From IMG/VR virus record IMGVR_UViG_3300022837_000003: a DNA stretch of 41,001 bases; one strand, written 5' to 3'. Within the stretch, counting starts at the first letter, position 1; every line of letters starts with the position of its first letter. Source of the DNA: a virus. Made by a program: the position numbers and the translations under genes. The notes under the pieces were generated by a model. The model was not told where the DNA came from. It worked only from the letters and a program-made list of their open reading frames with translations, and searched no databases. This document shows, piece after piece, positions 1-8,512 of this stretch.

Positions 1-1379
1 ATGTAACTTCAGTTGCAAATGATGCTACAGATATAGGTTTAGTTGCTACTAACATAGGTTCAGTAAATACAGTTGCCGCAGATATTACAAAAGTAATTGC
101 TGTAGCTAATGATTTAGCTGAAGCAGTTAGTGAAGTTGAAACAGTTGCAGACGATTTAAACGAAGCAACTTCAGAAATAGAGGTAGTTGCTAATAATATA
201 GTTAATGTAAATACTGTTGGAACTATTAATGCAGATGTTACTACAGTTGCTAACAACGAAACAGATATTCAAACTTTAGCTGACCTAGAAGATGGCACAG
301 TTACTACAAATGGATTAAGCACACTTGCAGGTATAAATACAGAAATTCAAGGTGTCTATAATATTAGAACTAATGTTACTAATGTTGATACCAATGCTAC
401 CAATGTAAATTTAGTTGCAGGACAAATTTCACCTACTAATAATATTTCAGCAGTAGGTGCTGTTACATCAGAAATTTCTACATTAGGTGCATTAGGAACA
501 GAAATTACAAACCTAAATAATATCAGAACAGATATTAGTGGAGTAAATACAATTTCAGCAGATGTTACTGGTGTAAATAATAATTCAGCTAATATTAATA
601 CTGTTGCAGGATTAGATACAGAGATTACAGCTTTAGGTGCTTCAGGCACAGTAGCTTCTATTAATACAGTAGCTACAAACCTAGCCTCAGTAAATAGTTT
701 CGCTAACACATATTTAGGTGCATCAAGTTCAGCACCAACTTTAGACCCTGATGGTTCAGCTTTAGATATTGGAGATTTATACTTTGATACAAGTTCTTCT
801 AGCATGAAAGTCTACTCATCTGGTGGTTGGATAAATTCTGGTTCTTCAGTTAATGGAACAGCAAATAGATTTTCTTACACAGCAACAGCAGGTCAAACAA
901 CTTTTACTGGTGCAGATGCTAATGGAAATACACTTGCGTATGACGCAGGATATGTAGATATTTTCTTAAATGGAATTAAGATTGTTGTAGGTACAGATGT
1001 AACTGCAACTTCAGGAAGTTCAGTAGTCCTAGCAACGGGAGCTACATTGAATGACACTTTAGAATTAATAGCATACGGAACTTTCACACTAGCAAACTTT
1101 AGTATTACAGATGCTAATGATGTACCTGCATTAGGTACAGCAGGAAAAGCATTAGTAGTAAATTCTGGTGGAACAGCTTTAGAATTTGCCAATACTTCTT
1201 CAGCAGAAGTTTATGGTTTTAACAAAAATTCATCTGGTGAGTTGATTATAACAACAACTAATCAAGGTGTAGACAACATCTCAAGTGCAACCTTCGCCAC
1301 ATTTGATGATGTATTATTTAGTGCTTCAGGCTTTGTCTTTAGCATTGATGCAAATGGCGATTTAATATCAACAATATAG
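1..1379 (+). CDS. Tail fibre protein (T7 gp17-like), C-terminal part. It continues the ORF that starts at 40367; codons are phased 3, 6, 9...
   Basis: Frame 3 is open from base 3 to TAG 1377-1379. It is in phase with ATG 40367 once the 127-nt end overlap is collapsed, giving 628 aa in total. About 24 consecutive decapeptide pseudo-repeats (ISADVTTVAG / ISADVTSVAN / DATDIGLVAT / NIGSVNTVAA ...) precede a globular end (LDPDGSALDIGDLYFDTSSSSMKVYSSGGW). The ORF track lists only the part after the internal Met at 804. Confidence 0.85.
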   Translation, partial: VTSVANDATDIGLVATNIGSVNTVAADITKVIAVANDLAEAVSEVETVADDLNEATSEIEVVANNIVNVNTVGTINADVTTVANNETDIQTLADLEDGTVTTNGLSTLAGINTEIQGVYNIRTNVTNVDTNATNVNLVAGQISPTNNISAVGAVTSEISTLGALGTEITNLNNIRTDISGVNTISADVTGVNNNSANINTVAGLDTEITALGASGTVASINTVATNLASVNSFANTYLGASSSAPTLDPDGSALDIGDLYFDTSSSSMKVYSSGGWINSGSSVNGTANRFSYTATAGQTTFTGADANGNTLAYDAGYVDIFLNGIKIVVGTDVTATSGSSVVLATGATLNDTLELIAYGTFTLANFSITDANDVPALGTAGKALVVNSGGTALEFANTSSAEVYGFNKNSSGELIITTTNQGVDNISSATFATFDDVLFSASGFVFSIDANGDLISTI

Positions 1380-1390
1380 GTATAACAAAT

Positions 1391-2185
1391 ATGGCAACAA
1401 TTAACTTAGGTGCTATCAAATTTAACTGGAGAGGTGCATACGCAGGTGGCACAGCTTACACAGTAGATGACGTAGTTTCATCTGGTGGTTCTAGTTATGT
1501 TTGTATTCTAGCATCAACAGGCAACGCAACATCAAATGGTACTTACTGGGAACAAATGAGTTCAGCAGGAACTAATGGTACAGATGGAACTGACGTTGGA
1601 ACAACAATTACAACACAAGGTGATATACTTTACAGAGATGGAAGTGGATTACAAAGATTAGCTAAAGGTACAGCAGGTCAAGTTCTTAAAATTAATTCTG
1701 GTGCAACTGCTCCAGAGTGGGGAACAGATGTAGGTGGAAAAGTTTTAGCAGTTCATTTTATGTCTAATAATACAAGAACATCTGCTGTTAGTGGAAATAA
1801 TCAAACTTGGCTTACAGTTGGTACTTTTACTAAAGTAAATGCTAGTTCAGATATTTATATTTCTGGAGTAGTTCCAGAAATGGGAGCTGCATCAGATGCT
1901 GCAGGTTGTTGGCTACAAATTGATACAACTTCTGACCCAGGAGATAACGCAGATGTTCACAAAGGTATTATGAGAATGCCTACCGAAGTATCTAATCATC
2001 CTGGAGGTATTGCTTACAATATGAAATTTACTGGATTAAACGCATCAACTCATACAGTTTATATTGGTAAAAATAACACCAGTAATTCTAGTGATGGTAT
2101 AGGAGTAATAAATCCAAATAGTAGTGATGAAGGTAGATTACAACAAACTGCATCACAATTTACAATATTTGAAATAACAACATAG
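1391..2185 (+). CDS. Second fibre / receptor-binding-like structural protein (264 aa)
   Basis: Starts 11 nt after the fibre stop. It carries an aromatic/Gly-rich N-terminal motif (GAYAGGTAYTVDDVVSSGGSSYVCI...GTYWEQM). It also carries GDILYRDGSGLQRLAKGTAGQVLKINSGATAPEW, a motif I recognise from many phage fibre proteins. Confidence 0.6.
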   Translation: MATINLGAIKFNWRGAYAGGTAYTVDDVVSSGGSSYVCILASTGNATSNGTYWEQMSSAGTNGTDGTDVGTTITTQGDILYRDGSGLQRLAKGTAGQVLKINSGATAPEWGTDVGGKVLAVHFMSNNTRTSAVSGNNQTWLTVGTFTKVNASSDIYISGVVPEMGAASDAAGCWLQIDTTSDPGDNADVHKGIMRMPTEVSNHPGGIAYNMKFTGLNASTHTVYIGKNNTSNSSDGIGVINPNSSDEGRLQQTASQFTIFEITT

Positions 2186-2197
2186 GATAAAAATAAA

Positions 2198-2449
2198 ATG
2201 GCAAAATTTGATAAAATAGTACAAGCAAAAGAAAACTTCCAAGGTTATCAAGGTAATCCACCAAGTGATGAAGCTGATTACAATGCAAGAAAAAATGTAA
2301 TGTTTTCTGGCACAGCACCAACTTGGTCTGAAATTCAAACTGAAATTTCTAATTTACCAAACCATGCTTCAAGTGGTAACACTAAACTATTAGGTTTAGG
2401 TTTAACACAAGCAGAAGCAACAGCACTTACTGGTTACACACCAGAATAA
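2198..2449 (+). CDS. Hypothetical protein (83 aa), in the fibre module
   Basis: Compact ORF 12 nt after the previous stop, co-directional. No recognisable motif. Confidence 0.55.
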   Translation: MAKFDKIVQAKENFQGYQGNPPSDEADYNARKNVMFSGTAPTWSEIQTEISNLPNHASSGNTKLLGLGLTQAEATALTGYTPE

Positions 2450-2460
2450 TAAAATATATT

Positions 2461-2482
2461 GGCTAGGTAGAAATATCTAGCC
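2461..2482 (+). terminator. Stem-loop after the fibre-module gene (possible terminator or RNA-stability hairpin)
   Basis: GGCTAGGTA-gaaa-TATCTAGCC gives an 8/9-bp stem with a tetraloop, 12 nt after stop 2449. No U-tract follows. Confidence 0.3.
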
Positions 2483-2523
2483 TACAAAATTCACACAACA
2501 ACAAATTATAGGAAATTAAATTA

Positions 2524-4131
2524 ATGACTAAAGCAAGAAACATTGCAGACTTACTAGACGCAAATGGAGATGTAAAATCAGCTAGTTTAGATAATGTACC
2601 TGCAAGTGATAATGCAAGTGCTTTAACTTCTGGAACTCTACCTAACGCTAGACTACCAAATAATATAAGTGATGGTGGTACTGAAGGTACTAAACTTGCT
2701 AGTGGTACTACAGCACAAAGAGGTTCTACTACTGGTCAAATTAGATTTAATTCTACAACTGGATTAGCAGAATATTATGATGGTAATAATTTTGTAAAAA
2801 TTGAGGGAACACCATCAATAACTTCTATATCACCAACAAACATTGATATTGACACTAATCCTTTACCACAAAATATAACTATAACTGGAGTTAATTTTCA
2901 ATCTGGTGCAACAGTAGCTTTTATAGATAGTGCAGGAGTATCAGTTAATTCTACGAGTGTAACATTTACAAACAGTACAACTCTTGTTGCACAAGTACCA
3001 TCTTCTACAAATGAAGCACAACAACCATTTGATATTAAAGTAAATAATCCAACTGGACTAACAACAACACTTAATGATGGTTTGCAGTTATCAGCTTCAC
3101 CAGTTTGGACTACAGCAAGTGGTTCACTTGGAAATACTGGAGATAAAGTGAGTGCCAATTTAAGTGTAGTAGCTACTGACCCAGATGGGGGTGCTATTAC
3201 CTATTCAGAAACGACTTCAAATGTTTTAGGTGGTGCAGGATTATCACTTAATACATCTTCTGGTGCAATTACTGGCGACCCAACTGATGTATCAAGTGAC
3301 ACAACAATTAACTTTGATATTAGAGCAACTGACAATGAAAGTGCTACAGTAGACAGAAGTTTTGCAATTACTATTCAACCAACTCCAGATGGTTCTACAA
3401 GTGCTTTAGCTGTTGAACACCCAGATGAATTAGACACATTAGGTTTAACAAGTGGAAATTATTATGTTCAAAATATTGGTGGTGCTACAAGACAAGTTGC
3501 TTGTGTTATAAATGGAATAGGAAGCAAGAATTGGGTTAAACTTACACCTGCAACTTTCTTTGAATTACTTACACCTACAACAGATGCAACAACAGTACAA
3601 GGTTGGGGTACTTTAAATGGAAGAAGATATTACAGGTCTTATGCTTCATCACAAAACACAGAAGGTTGGATTAAATGGGCTATGGGAACTTTCTCATTTA
3701 GATATATTACAGGTACAGTAGGTTGGGCACCAAATGGTTCATCACTTGGTTCTGGACACCCAGATAATAACATATATGGAAGTTATCATACTGGAGATGT
3801 AGATTTTAATAGTAGAGGTTATGGAGTAGGTAGCTTAACAAACATATCTTGGCACAGAATAGGAATTACAGACCAATTTCAATTAGCTTATGATGAATTA
3901 GGATTTAGTGGCGAAAGACTATCAGAATTTTATCCAATTTATTTTGGACAAAAAACAACAAACTTTAAAACAGGTGTCACTAGAATTGCAGGTGTAGATA
4001 ATGCAAATAGTTATATTGATTTAGGTTCTTCTGCAGGAAATAGAGAATTTAAGTGGTCTACATCTCAAGAAAGTGGTGTACCTACTGAAGAAAGACTTGC
4101 TTGGGCACCAACAGAAATACTTATTTCATAA
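2524..4131 (+). CDS. Tail fibre / adhesin (535 aa) with IPT/TIG-like and putative-Ig (He_PIG/cadherin-like) domains
   Basis: The IPT/TIG pattern is PSITSISPTN...ITITGVNFQSGATVAFID...VTFTNSTTLVAQVPSS...FDIKVNNPTG. The He_PIG-like pattern is VVATDPDGGAITYSE...GLSLNTSSGAITGDPTD...FDIRATDNES...FAITI. The C-terminal ~250 aa are W/Y/G-rich and unassigned. Confidence 0.65.
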   Translation: MTKARNIADLLDANGDVKSASLDNVPASDNASALTSGTLPNARLPNNISDGGTEGTKLASGTTAQRGSTTGQIRFNSTTGLAEYYDGNNFVKIEGTPSITSISPTNIDIDTNPLPQNITITGVNFQSGATVAFIDSAGVSVNSTSVTFTNSTTLVAQVPSSTNEAQQPFDIKVNNPTGLTTTLNDGLQLSASPVWTTASGSLGNTGDKVSANLSVVATDPDGGAITYSETTSNVLGGAGLSLNTSSGAITGDPTDVSSDTTINFDIRATDNESATVDRSFAITIQPTPDGSTSALAVEHPDELDTLGLTSGNYYVQNIGGATRQVACVINGIGSKNWVKLTPATFFELLTPTTDATTVQGWGTLNGRRYYRSYASSQNTEGWIKWAMGTFSFRYITGTVGWAPNGSSLGSGHPDNNIYGSYHTGDVDFNSRGYGVGSLTNISWHRIGITDQFQLAYDELGFSGERLSEFYPIYFGQKTTNFKTGVTRIAGVDNANSYIDLGSSAGNREFKWSTSQESGVPTEERLAWAPTEILIS

Positions 4132-4373
4132 TGGCTAGAAAAAAAGCTAATCCAGTACAGATGTATACAGAGCAAACAACTGGAGTTAGGCTTTCAAGCC
4201 ATGAGAAACTTTGTGCTGAACGAATGAATAACATTCTCAAATCTATAGAAGAAATGAGAAAAGAAATTAAATCTTTAAGAACAGATGTTGCTATGGGCAA
4301 AGGGGGACTTAGAGTTATATTGACTATAGGAACATTAATAGTTGGACTGATAGGTTATTTCAACTTTAGATAA
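4131..4373 (+). CDS. Small membrane protein (80 aa), holin candidate at the T7 gp17.5 position
   Basis: I prefer ATG 4131, which overlaps the upstream stop as TAATG, over the track start 4101. The protein has a basic N-terminus (MARKKANP), a coiled segment and one C-terminal TM helix (LRVILTIGTLIVGLIGYFNF). It lies directly after the fibre genes. Confidence 0.55.
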   Translation: MARKKANPVQMYTEQTTGVRLSSHEKLCAERMNNILKSIEEMRKEIKSLRTDVAMGKGGLRVILTIGTLIVGLIGYFNFR

Positions 4374-4600
4374 TGGTTTTTAAATACGTGTTAATACTGC
4401 ATTTGTGTTCATTTGCAGGACAACCTCAATGTTACAATCCTAAAGTAGTGCCTTTAGAGTTTGACACACATTACGATTGTATCCAACAAGGATACCTTAA
4501 AGCATCACAAGCAGTAGAGAATATAGGAACAGATTTAGTTAACAAACAAAAACTTGCAGTCAAATTTGAATGCACAGAATTAACACAGGAGAAAGTATGA
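4373..4600 (+). CDS. Small secreted/membrane-anchored Cys-containing protein (75 aa)
   Basis: Its ATG overlaps the upstream stop. The N-terminus is hydrophobic (MVFKYVLILHLCSFAG) and the protein has five Cys. No canonical lipobox. Confidence 0.5.
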   Translation: MVFKYVLILHLCSFAGQPQCYNPKVVPLEFDTHYDCIQQGYLKASQAVENIGTDLVNKQKLAVKFECTELTQEKV

Positions 4601-4719
4601 TAATATACGGAAACACACCAGGTATGTGGATAAACAGAATTAAAACATCAATTAAAAATACAGATAAAAGAATTATAGCTTTATTTATAATTTGGTCGCT
4701 ATTTATGTGGATAATGTAA
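4597..4719 (+). CDS. Micro-ORF (40 aa) with a C-terminal TM segment
   Basis: Below the track cutoff. It shares an ATGA overlap with stop 4598-4600, and its TAA is immediately followed by ATG 4720. Sequence: MIIYGNTPGMWINRIKTSIKNTDKRIIALFIIWSLFMWIM. Confidence 0.35.
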   Translation: MIIYGNTPGMWINRIKTSIKNTDKRIIALFIIWSLFMWIM

Positions 4720-5073
4720 ATGTGGTTTGCTCTTTTAAAAAATCCTTTAACAAAAATTATCGCTGAAAAAACATTTGGAGCAATTTCTCACAAATTACAA
4801 AAAGATAAAATTATTAGAGAAAAAGAGTTGGACGCAGCTTCTCAAATTTCAATAGAACAAATTAAACAACAAGAACATTCCTGGAAAGACGAATGGTTAG
4901 TAGTTTTCTTTACACTATTAATGGCTTGTCATTTTATTCCATACACACAAGAAACTATGTTGAGAGGGTGGGAAATTTTACAATTAGCTGACCCAATGTT
5001 TTGGTACATAATATTAACAATAGTAGGTGCATCATTTGGTGTAACTACAATGAATAAACTAAAGAAAAAATGA
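4720..5073 (+). CDS. Membrane protein with two TM helices (117 aa), holin/pinholin-like candidate
   Basis: Predicted TM helices are WLVVFFTLLMACHFIPY and MFWYIILTIVGASFGVTTM, followed by a basic C-terminus (KLKKK). Confidence 0.5.
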   Translation: MWFALLKNPLTKIIAEKTFGAISHKLQKDKIIREKELDAASQISIEQIKQQEHSWKDEWLVVFFTLLMACHFIPYTQETMLRGWEILQLADPMFWYIILTIVGASFGVTTMNKLKKK

Positions 5074-5228
5074 TAGATAGATTCTTCTATTGGTTTTTTG
5101 GAAGTATTGACAGACTATTTGAAAATCTTAATAAAACAGCAGAAGACTTGTGGACTTTTGATTTTCCTAATTGCAAAAATAAAAAACATGAGAGACATAA
5201 AAAAATTAACAGAGTTCACAAAAAATAA
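5070..5228 (+). CDS. Micro-ORF (52 aa), hypothetical
   Basis: ATGA overlap with stop 5071-5073. Sequence begins MIDRFFYWFFGSIDRLFENLNKTAEDLWTFDFPNCKNKKHERH... It overlaps the next candidate ORF by 41 nt. Confidence 0.25.
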   Translation: MIDRFFYWFFGSIDRLFENLNKTAEDLWTFDFPNCKNKKHERHKKINRVHKK

Positions 5229-5352
5229 AGAACATAAAGATAAAGAAATGAACTTATTTAAAAATCTTAAAAAGGAAGTTTCAATTAACGGAAACGGGAC
5301 TAGAGAATACGTTATTAAAAAGGGTATTAACAGAGGAAAAATTGCCAAATGA
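5188..5352 (+). CDS. Micro-ORF (54 aa), hypothetical basic protein
   Basis: Internal ATG of track ORF 5098..5352 (the track start is a non-ATG codon). Its stop overlaps ATG 5349 as ATGA. Confidence 0.3.
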   Translation: MRDIKKLTEFTKNKEHKDKEMNLFKNLKKEVSINGNGTREYVIKKGINRGKIAK

Positions 5353-5717
5353 AAATTAGTGAAAATACATCTGTAAGTATGCCAATACGTAATATGGCTA
5401 TGATAATTTTTGGTGTAGTAGCAGGTGTAATTGCTTATACTGAACTTACAGGTAGGTTAACATCATTAGAAACTTCTAGAGAATTATTTGAAAATGATTT
5501 GCTTAAAAAATCTGAACAAGTACCTACTGACCAAGAGCAACATTTTTTATTAGAAGACCTTTATAAAACAGTAGAGAAATTACAGTCTACTCAAGAGATG
5601 AATATGACTAATAAAGTTAATATAGAATTTCTTAAATCACAACTTGAAAAAGCATTACAAGATATTGAACATTTAAAAGATAAAGTAAGACAAAACGGTA
5701 ATGGCAGTCATGGTTGA
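5349..5717 (+). CDS. i-spanin-like protein (Rz / T7 gp18.5 analogue), 122 aa
   Basis: It has an N-terminal TM anchor (MAMIIFGVVAGVIAYTELTG) followed by a long charged coiled-coil region. It sits just upstream of the terminase genes, as gp18.5 does in T7. Confidence 0.45.
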   Translation: MKISENTSVSMPIRNMAMIIFGVVAGVIAYTELTGRLTSLETSRELFENDLLKKSEQVPTDQEQHFLLEDLYKTVEKLQSTQEMNMTNKVNIEFLKSQLEKALQDIEHLKDKVRQNGNGSHG

Positions 5718-5919
5718 AGTAGTTGTAGCTTTGTTAATGATTGTTAATGGTGAAATAAAAGAACACCGAATACAAGACTCTATGTCTGCTTGTTTGAAAG
5801 CTAAACGTATTGCAATGAGGTCAAGTACAAATCGTATAGATTACCAATGTATAAAATCTAAAGCAGAAACAGAAATTTATATGGGTCAAAAATCAATTCT
5901 TAAATTAATATTTAAATAA
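5701..5919 (+). CDS. Hypothetical small protein (72 aa) overlapping the end of the spanin-like gene
   Basis: Overlaps the previous ORF by 17 nt. The N-terminus is hydrophobic (MAVMVEVVVALLMIVNG). SMSAC is only a poor lipobox, so an o-spanin role is unproven. Confidence 0.35.
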   Translation: MAVMVEVVVALLMIVNGEIKEHRIQDSMSACLKAKRIAMRSSTNRIDYQCIKSKAETEIYMGQKSILKLIFK

Positions 5920-6026
5920 TGAAACATATAATATTATTTATATATCATTGGTCAACTAAACTAAGTTCATGGTCTTGGCAAAAACTTTATAGCAATAGAA
6001 AAACAGGATTAGGATATAAAAAATGA
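5919..6026 (+). CDS. Micro-ORF (35 aa)
   Basis: TAATG overlap at the 5' end and ATGA overlap with ATG 6023 at the 3' end. Sequence: MKHIILFIYHWSTKLSSWSWQKLYSNRKTGLGYKK. Confidence 0.25.
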   Translation: MKHIILFIYHWSTKLSSWSWQKLYSNRKTGLGYKK

Positions 6027-6238
6027 AAATAGAAAACAAAGTAAACTCATTTGAAGCAAAATCAAAAGCATTACCAAGCTTACTAGTAGATAAAGCATAT
6101 GAAATGCTAACTAGTGGAGACAAATTAACAGCAAGTGAACTTAAAGTTTGTTTAGACGCATGTAAAGCCTATGGCGTTGAAACAGAGCCAACACCTGCCA
6201 AATCAATAGTGGACAAATTACCATTTAATGAAGAATAA
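6023..6238 (+). CDS. Small terminase subunit candidate (T7 gp18 position), 71 aa
   Basis: A short helical ORF that overlaps the large terminase start by 11 nt. The assignment is by position only. Confidence 0.4.
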   Translation: MKIENKVNSFEAKSKALPSLLVDKAYEMLTSGDKLTASELKVCLDACKAYGVETEPTPAKSIVDKLPFNEE

Positions 6239-7904
6239 AATAATACCTAATGTAGAACCTAGTGTTAAAAACTTTAAGAATTTTTTATATCTAGCCTGGA
6301 AGCATTTAGCTTTACCAGAGCCTACAGAAATACAATACGACATAGCGGACTTCTTACAAGAGCCAAACAAAAGAATAGTTATAGAAGCGTTTAGAGGAGT
6401 AGGTAAATCGTGGATTACTTCAGCATTCGTATGTCATCAACTTTTACTTAACCCTCAAAGAAACATTCTCGTAGTATCAGCAAGTAAAAACAGAGCTGAT
6501 GACTTTAGCACATTTACACAAAGATTAATTTCTGAAATGCCTATACTTAAACATCTAACTCCTAGGGATGACCAACGTCACTCTAAGATTAGTTTTGATG
6601 TAGCACCCGCAAGAGCTTCTCACGCTCCCTCAGTGAAATCTCTAGGTGTAACATCACAGTTAACAGGTAGTAGAGCAGATTTAATTATCGCTGATGACGT
6701 AGAGTCAGCTAATAACTCACAGACTCAATTAATGAGAGATAGACTAGGTGAGACAGTAAAAGAATTTGATGCAATTATTAAACCCGAAGTAGGACGTATA
6801 GTTTTTCTAGGTACACCACAAACTGAAATGAGTTTATATAACTCTATGGAAGAGCGTGGATACAAGACAAGAATCTGGACAGCTCTATATCCAACTCATA
6901 TACAAAAAATAAACTTAGGTCACAAACTTGCCCCTGTAATTATAGAAAAATTAGACAAAGATAAAAAATTAGAAGGTAAACCCACAGACCCTAAAAGATT
7001 TGATGAGATAGACTTAATGGAAAGAGAAGCGTCTTACGGACGTTCAGGTTTTCAATTACAGTTTATGTTAGATACAACTTTAAGTGACTTAGAGAAGTAT
7101 CCATTAAAACTTAATGACTTAATATGTGTATCTGGGTTGTCTTCATGGAAAGAAGCACCTGCTAAGATACAATGGGCAAGTGGAATAGACCAAATTAAGA
7201 ATATAGATAGTGAATTACCAAATGTAGGCCTAAAAGGTGACTATTGGGTAAGCCCTATGTATACAAGTCCAGAACATGCTAAATTTGAAGGCTCAGTAAT
7301 GTCTATTGACCCCTCTGGTAGAGGTGCTGATATGACAGGGTACTCTGTGGTCAAGATGTTGCATGGAGTCCTTTATTTGACTCACTGTGGAGCTTTAAAG
7401 GGTGGTTATAGTGATGAGACACTAGAGAGACTTAGCCAGATAGCTAAAGAACAAGATGTTAACTATGTGGTTATTGAGAGTAACTTTGGTGATGGTATGG
7501 CTACAGCTTTACTTAAACCTGTAATGTCTCGTATACATCCATGTACTATTGAAGAAGTAAGACATTCTAAACAAAAAGAACTACGTATCATTGACACACT
7601 TGAGCCAGTTATGAACCAACACAGATTAGTGGTTTCTCAAGAAATGATTAAAGAAGATATTAAGTTAGAACCTGACCATCAGTTATTTAAGCAGATGACA
7701 AGGATAACTAAAGATAAAGGGGCCATTAAACACGATGATGCCTTGGATGCTTTAGCTATTGCAGTAGCTTATTGGATTGAGAGAATGGATAGAGACCAAG
7801 AATTGTCATTTAAAGAACATAAAAACGACTTATTACAGGTAGAACTTGATAAGTTCATGGATAGTGCATTAGGTAGTAAGAATAGGAGTAGTAGGTGGAT
7901 TTAA
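6228..7904 (+). CDS. Terminase large subunit (T7 gp19-like), 558 aa
   Basis: Family-typical motifs are present: LALPEPTEIQYDIADFL, Walker A-like FRGVGKSW, Walker B LIIADDVE, and nuclease motifs SIDPSGRGAD and HDDALDALA. Confidence 0.9.
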   Translation: MKNKIIPNVEPSVKNFKNFLYLAWKHLALPEPTEIQYDIADFLQEPNKRIVIEAFRGVGKSWITSAFVCHQLLLNPQRNILVVSASKNRADDFSTFTQRLISEMPILKHLTPRDDQRHSKISFDVAPARASHAPSVKSLGVTSQLTGSRADLIIADDVESANNSQTQLMRDRLGETVKEFDAIIKPEVGRIVFLGTPQTEMSLYNSMEERGYKTRIWTALYPTHIQKINLGHKLAPVIIEKLDKDKKLEGKPTDPKRFDEIDLMEREASYGRSGFQLQFMLDTTLSDLEKYPLKLNDLICVSGLSSWKEAPAKIQWASGIDQIKNIDSELPNVGLKGDYWVSPMYTSPEHAKFEGSVMSIDPSGRGADMTGYSVVKMLHGVLYLTHCGALKGGYSDETLERLSQIAKEQDVNYVVIESNFGDGMATALLKPVMSRIHPCTIEEVRHSKQKELRIIDTLEPVMNQHRLVVSQEMIKEDIKLEPDHQLFKQMTRITKDKGAIKHDDALDALAIAVAYWIERMDRDQELSFKEHKNDLLQVELDKFMDSALGSKNRSSRWI

Positions 7905-7906
7905 TA

Positions 7907-7926
7907 GGTACCCTTATTAGAACCAG
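7907..7926 (+). promoter_or_regulatory. Putative phage-RNAP promoter, copy 1 (phiOR-like position after terminase)
   Basis: GGTACCCTTATTAGAACCAG belongs to the five-copy motif (G/A)(T/G)ACCCC-N-TATTAGAA(C/G)(C/G). Over 7907-7940 it resembles 13085-13117 (GGTACCC(C)TATTAGAACCA..GGGGCTA(A/G)ATGTC). Confidence 0.45.
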
Positions 7927-7983
7927 TGGGGCTAGATGTCCCTATAGGTATACTAGCAACGCACACCACCTTATATCACACAC

Positions 7984-8020
7984 AAGGAGACTATATGTTA
8001 CCTAAGGAGACTATATGTTA
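7984..8020 (+). repeat. Tandem direct repeat, 2 x AAGGAGACTATATGTTA (20-bp period)
   Basis: Exact 17-mers lie at 7984-8000 and 8004-8020 in the non-coding region after terminase. Confidence 0.9.
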
Positions 8021-8280
8021 ATTGAAGTACTACTATTGGGTTACTTACCCCTTATTATCTTACGCAAAGCCATACATTTTGGTAGAAAAATCCGACAGGG
8101 TATCACTATACTAGGCGCGGCCTGACGCCCCCGTAGGCCTCTTTGTTCTTCTTTTGTTCTCCTCTTTTATTAAGGTTTCAATCGGTTGTTATAACCGTTG
8201 CTTTAGTTCTCTTTTTGTTTTTTAAATGTTTTATGCTTCTCTTTCTAGTGGGGCCTATTTTTTTTCATGAGTCTTTAAAC

Positions 8281-8512
8281 TTAGAGACAACACCAGGCAA
8301 CACCAGGCAACACCAGGCAACACCAGGCAACGCCAGGCAACCAGGGGCCACAACCTAACGCCAGGCAACCAGGGCAACACCAGGCAACATAGAGACAACC
8401 ACGGGCAACCAGGGGCCACAACCTAAGGCAACACGCCAGGCAACATAGAGACAACGCCAGGGCCAGGCTCAATAGATATAAAGACAAGAGCCGCCAGGCC
8501 ACGCCAGGCAAC
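8281..8512 (+). repeat. GC-rich, almost T-free short-repeat array (CCAGGCAA units); candidate genome-terminus / packaging repeats
   Basis: There are nine exact CCAGGCAA copies. Five sit at a strict 10-bp spacing (8293-8340) and the others start at 8361, 8380, 8436 and 8504, with degenerate units (CCAGGGCAA, CCACGGGCAA) in between. Higher-order duplicates are CAACCAGGGGCCACAACCTAA x2 and CAACATAGAGACAAC x2. The array sits between the terminase gene and the early genes. Confidence 0.9.

Noticed and set aside
356-1192. Minus-strand ORFs 356-805 (149 aa) and 893-1192 (99 aa) inside the fibre gene
   Set aside because: They are antisense to a well-supported gp17-like ORF. Their low-complexity V/A/T/S/N-rich translation mirrors the decapeptide repeat, they lack an RBS, and no other gene in the genome is on the minus strand.
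8281-8512. CRISPR array interpretation of the CCAGGCAA repeats (and of the TAGGGGCGA repeats at 10783-11216)
   Set aside because: The units are only 8-10 bp and are mostly directly abutting, with no unique 25-40-bp spacers. There is no leader and there are no cas genes.
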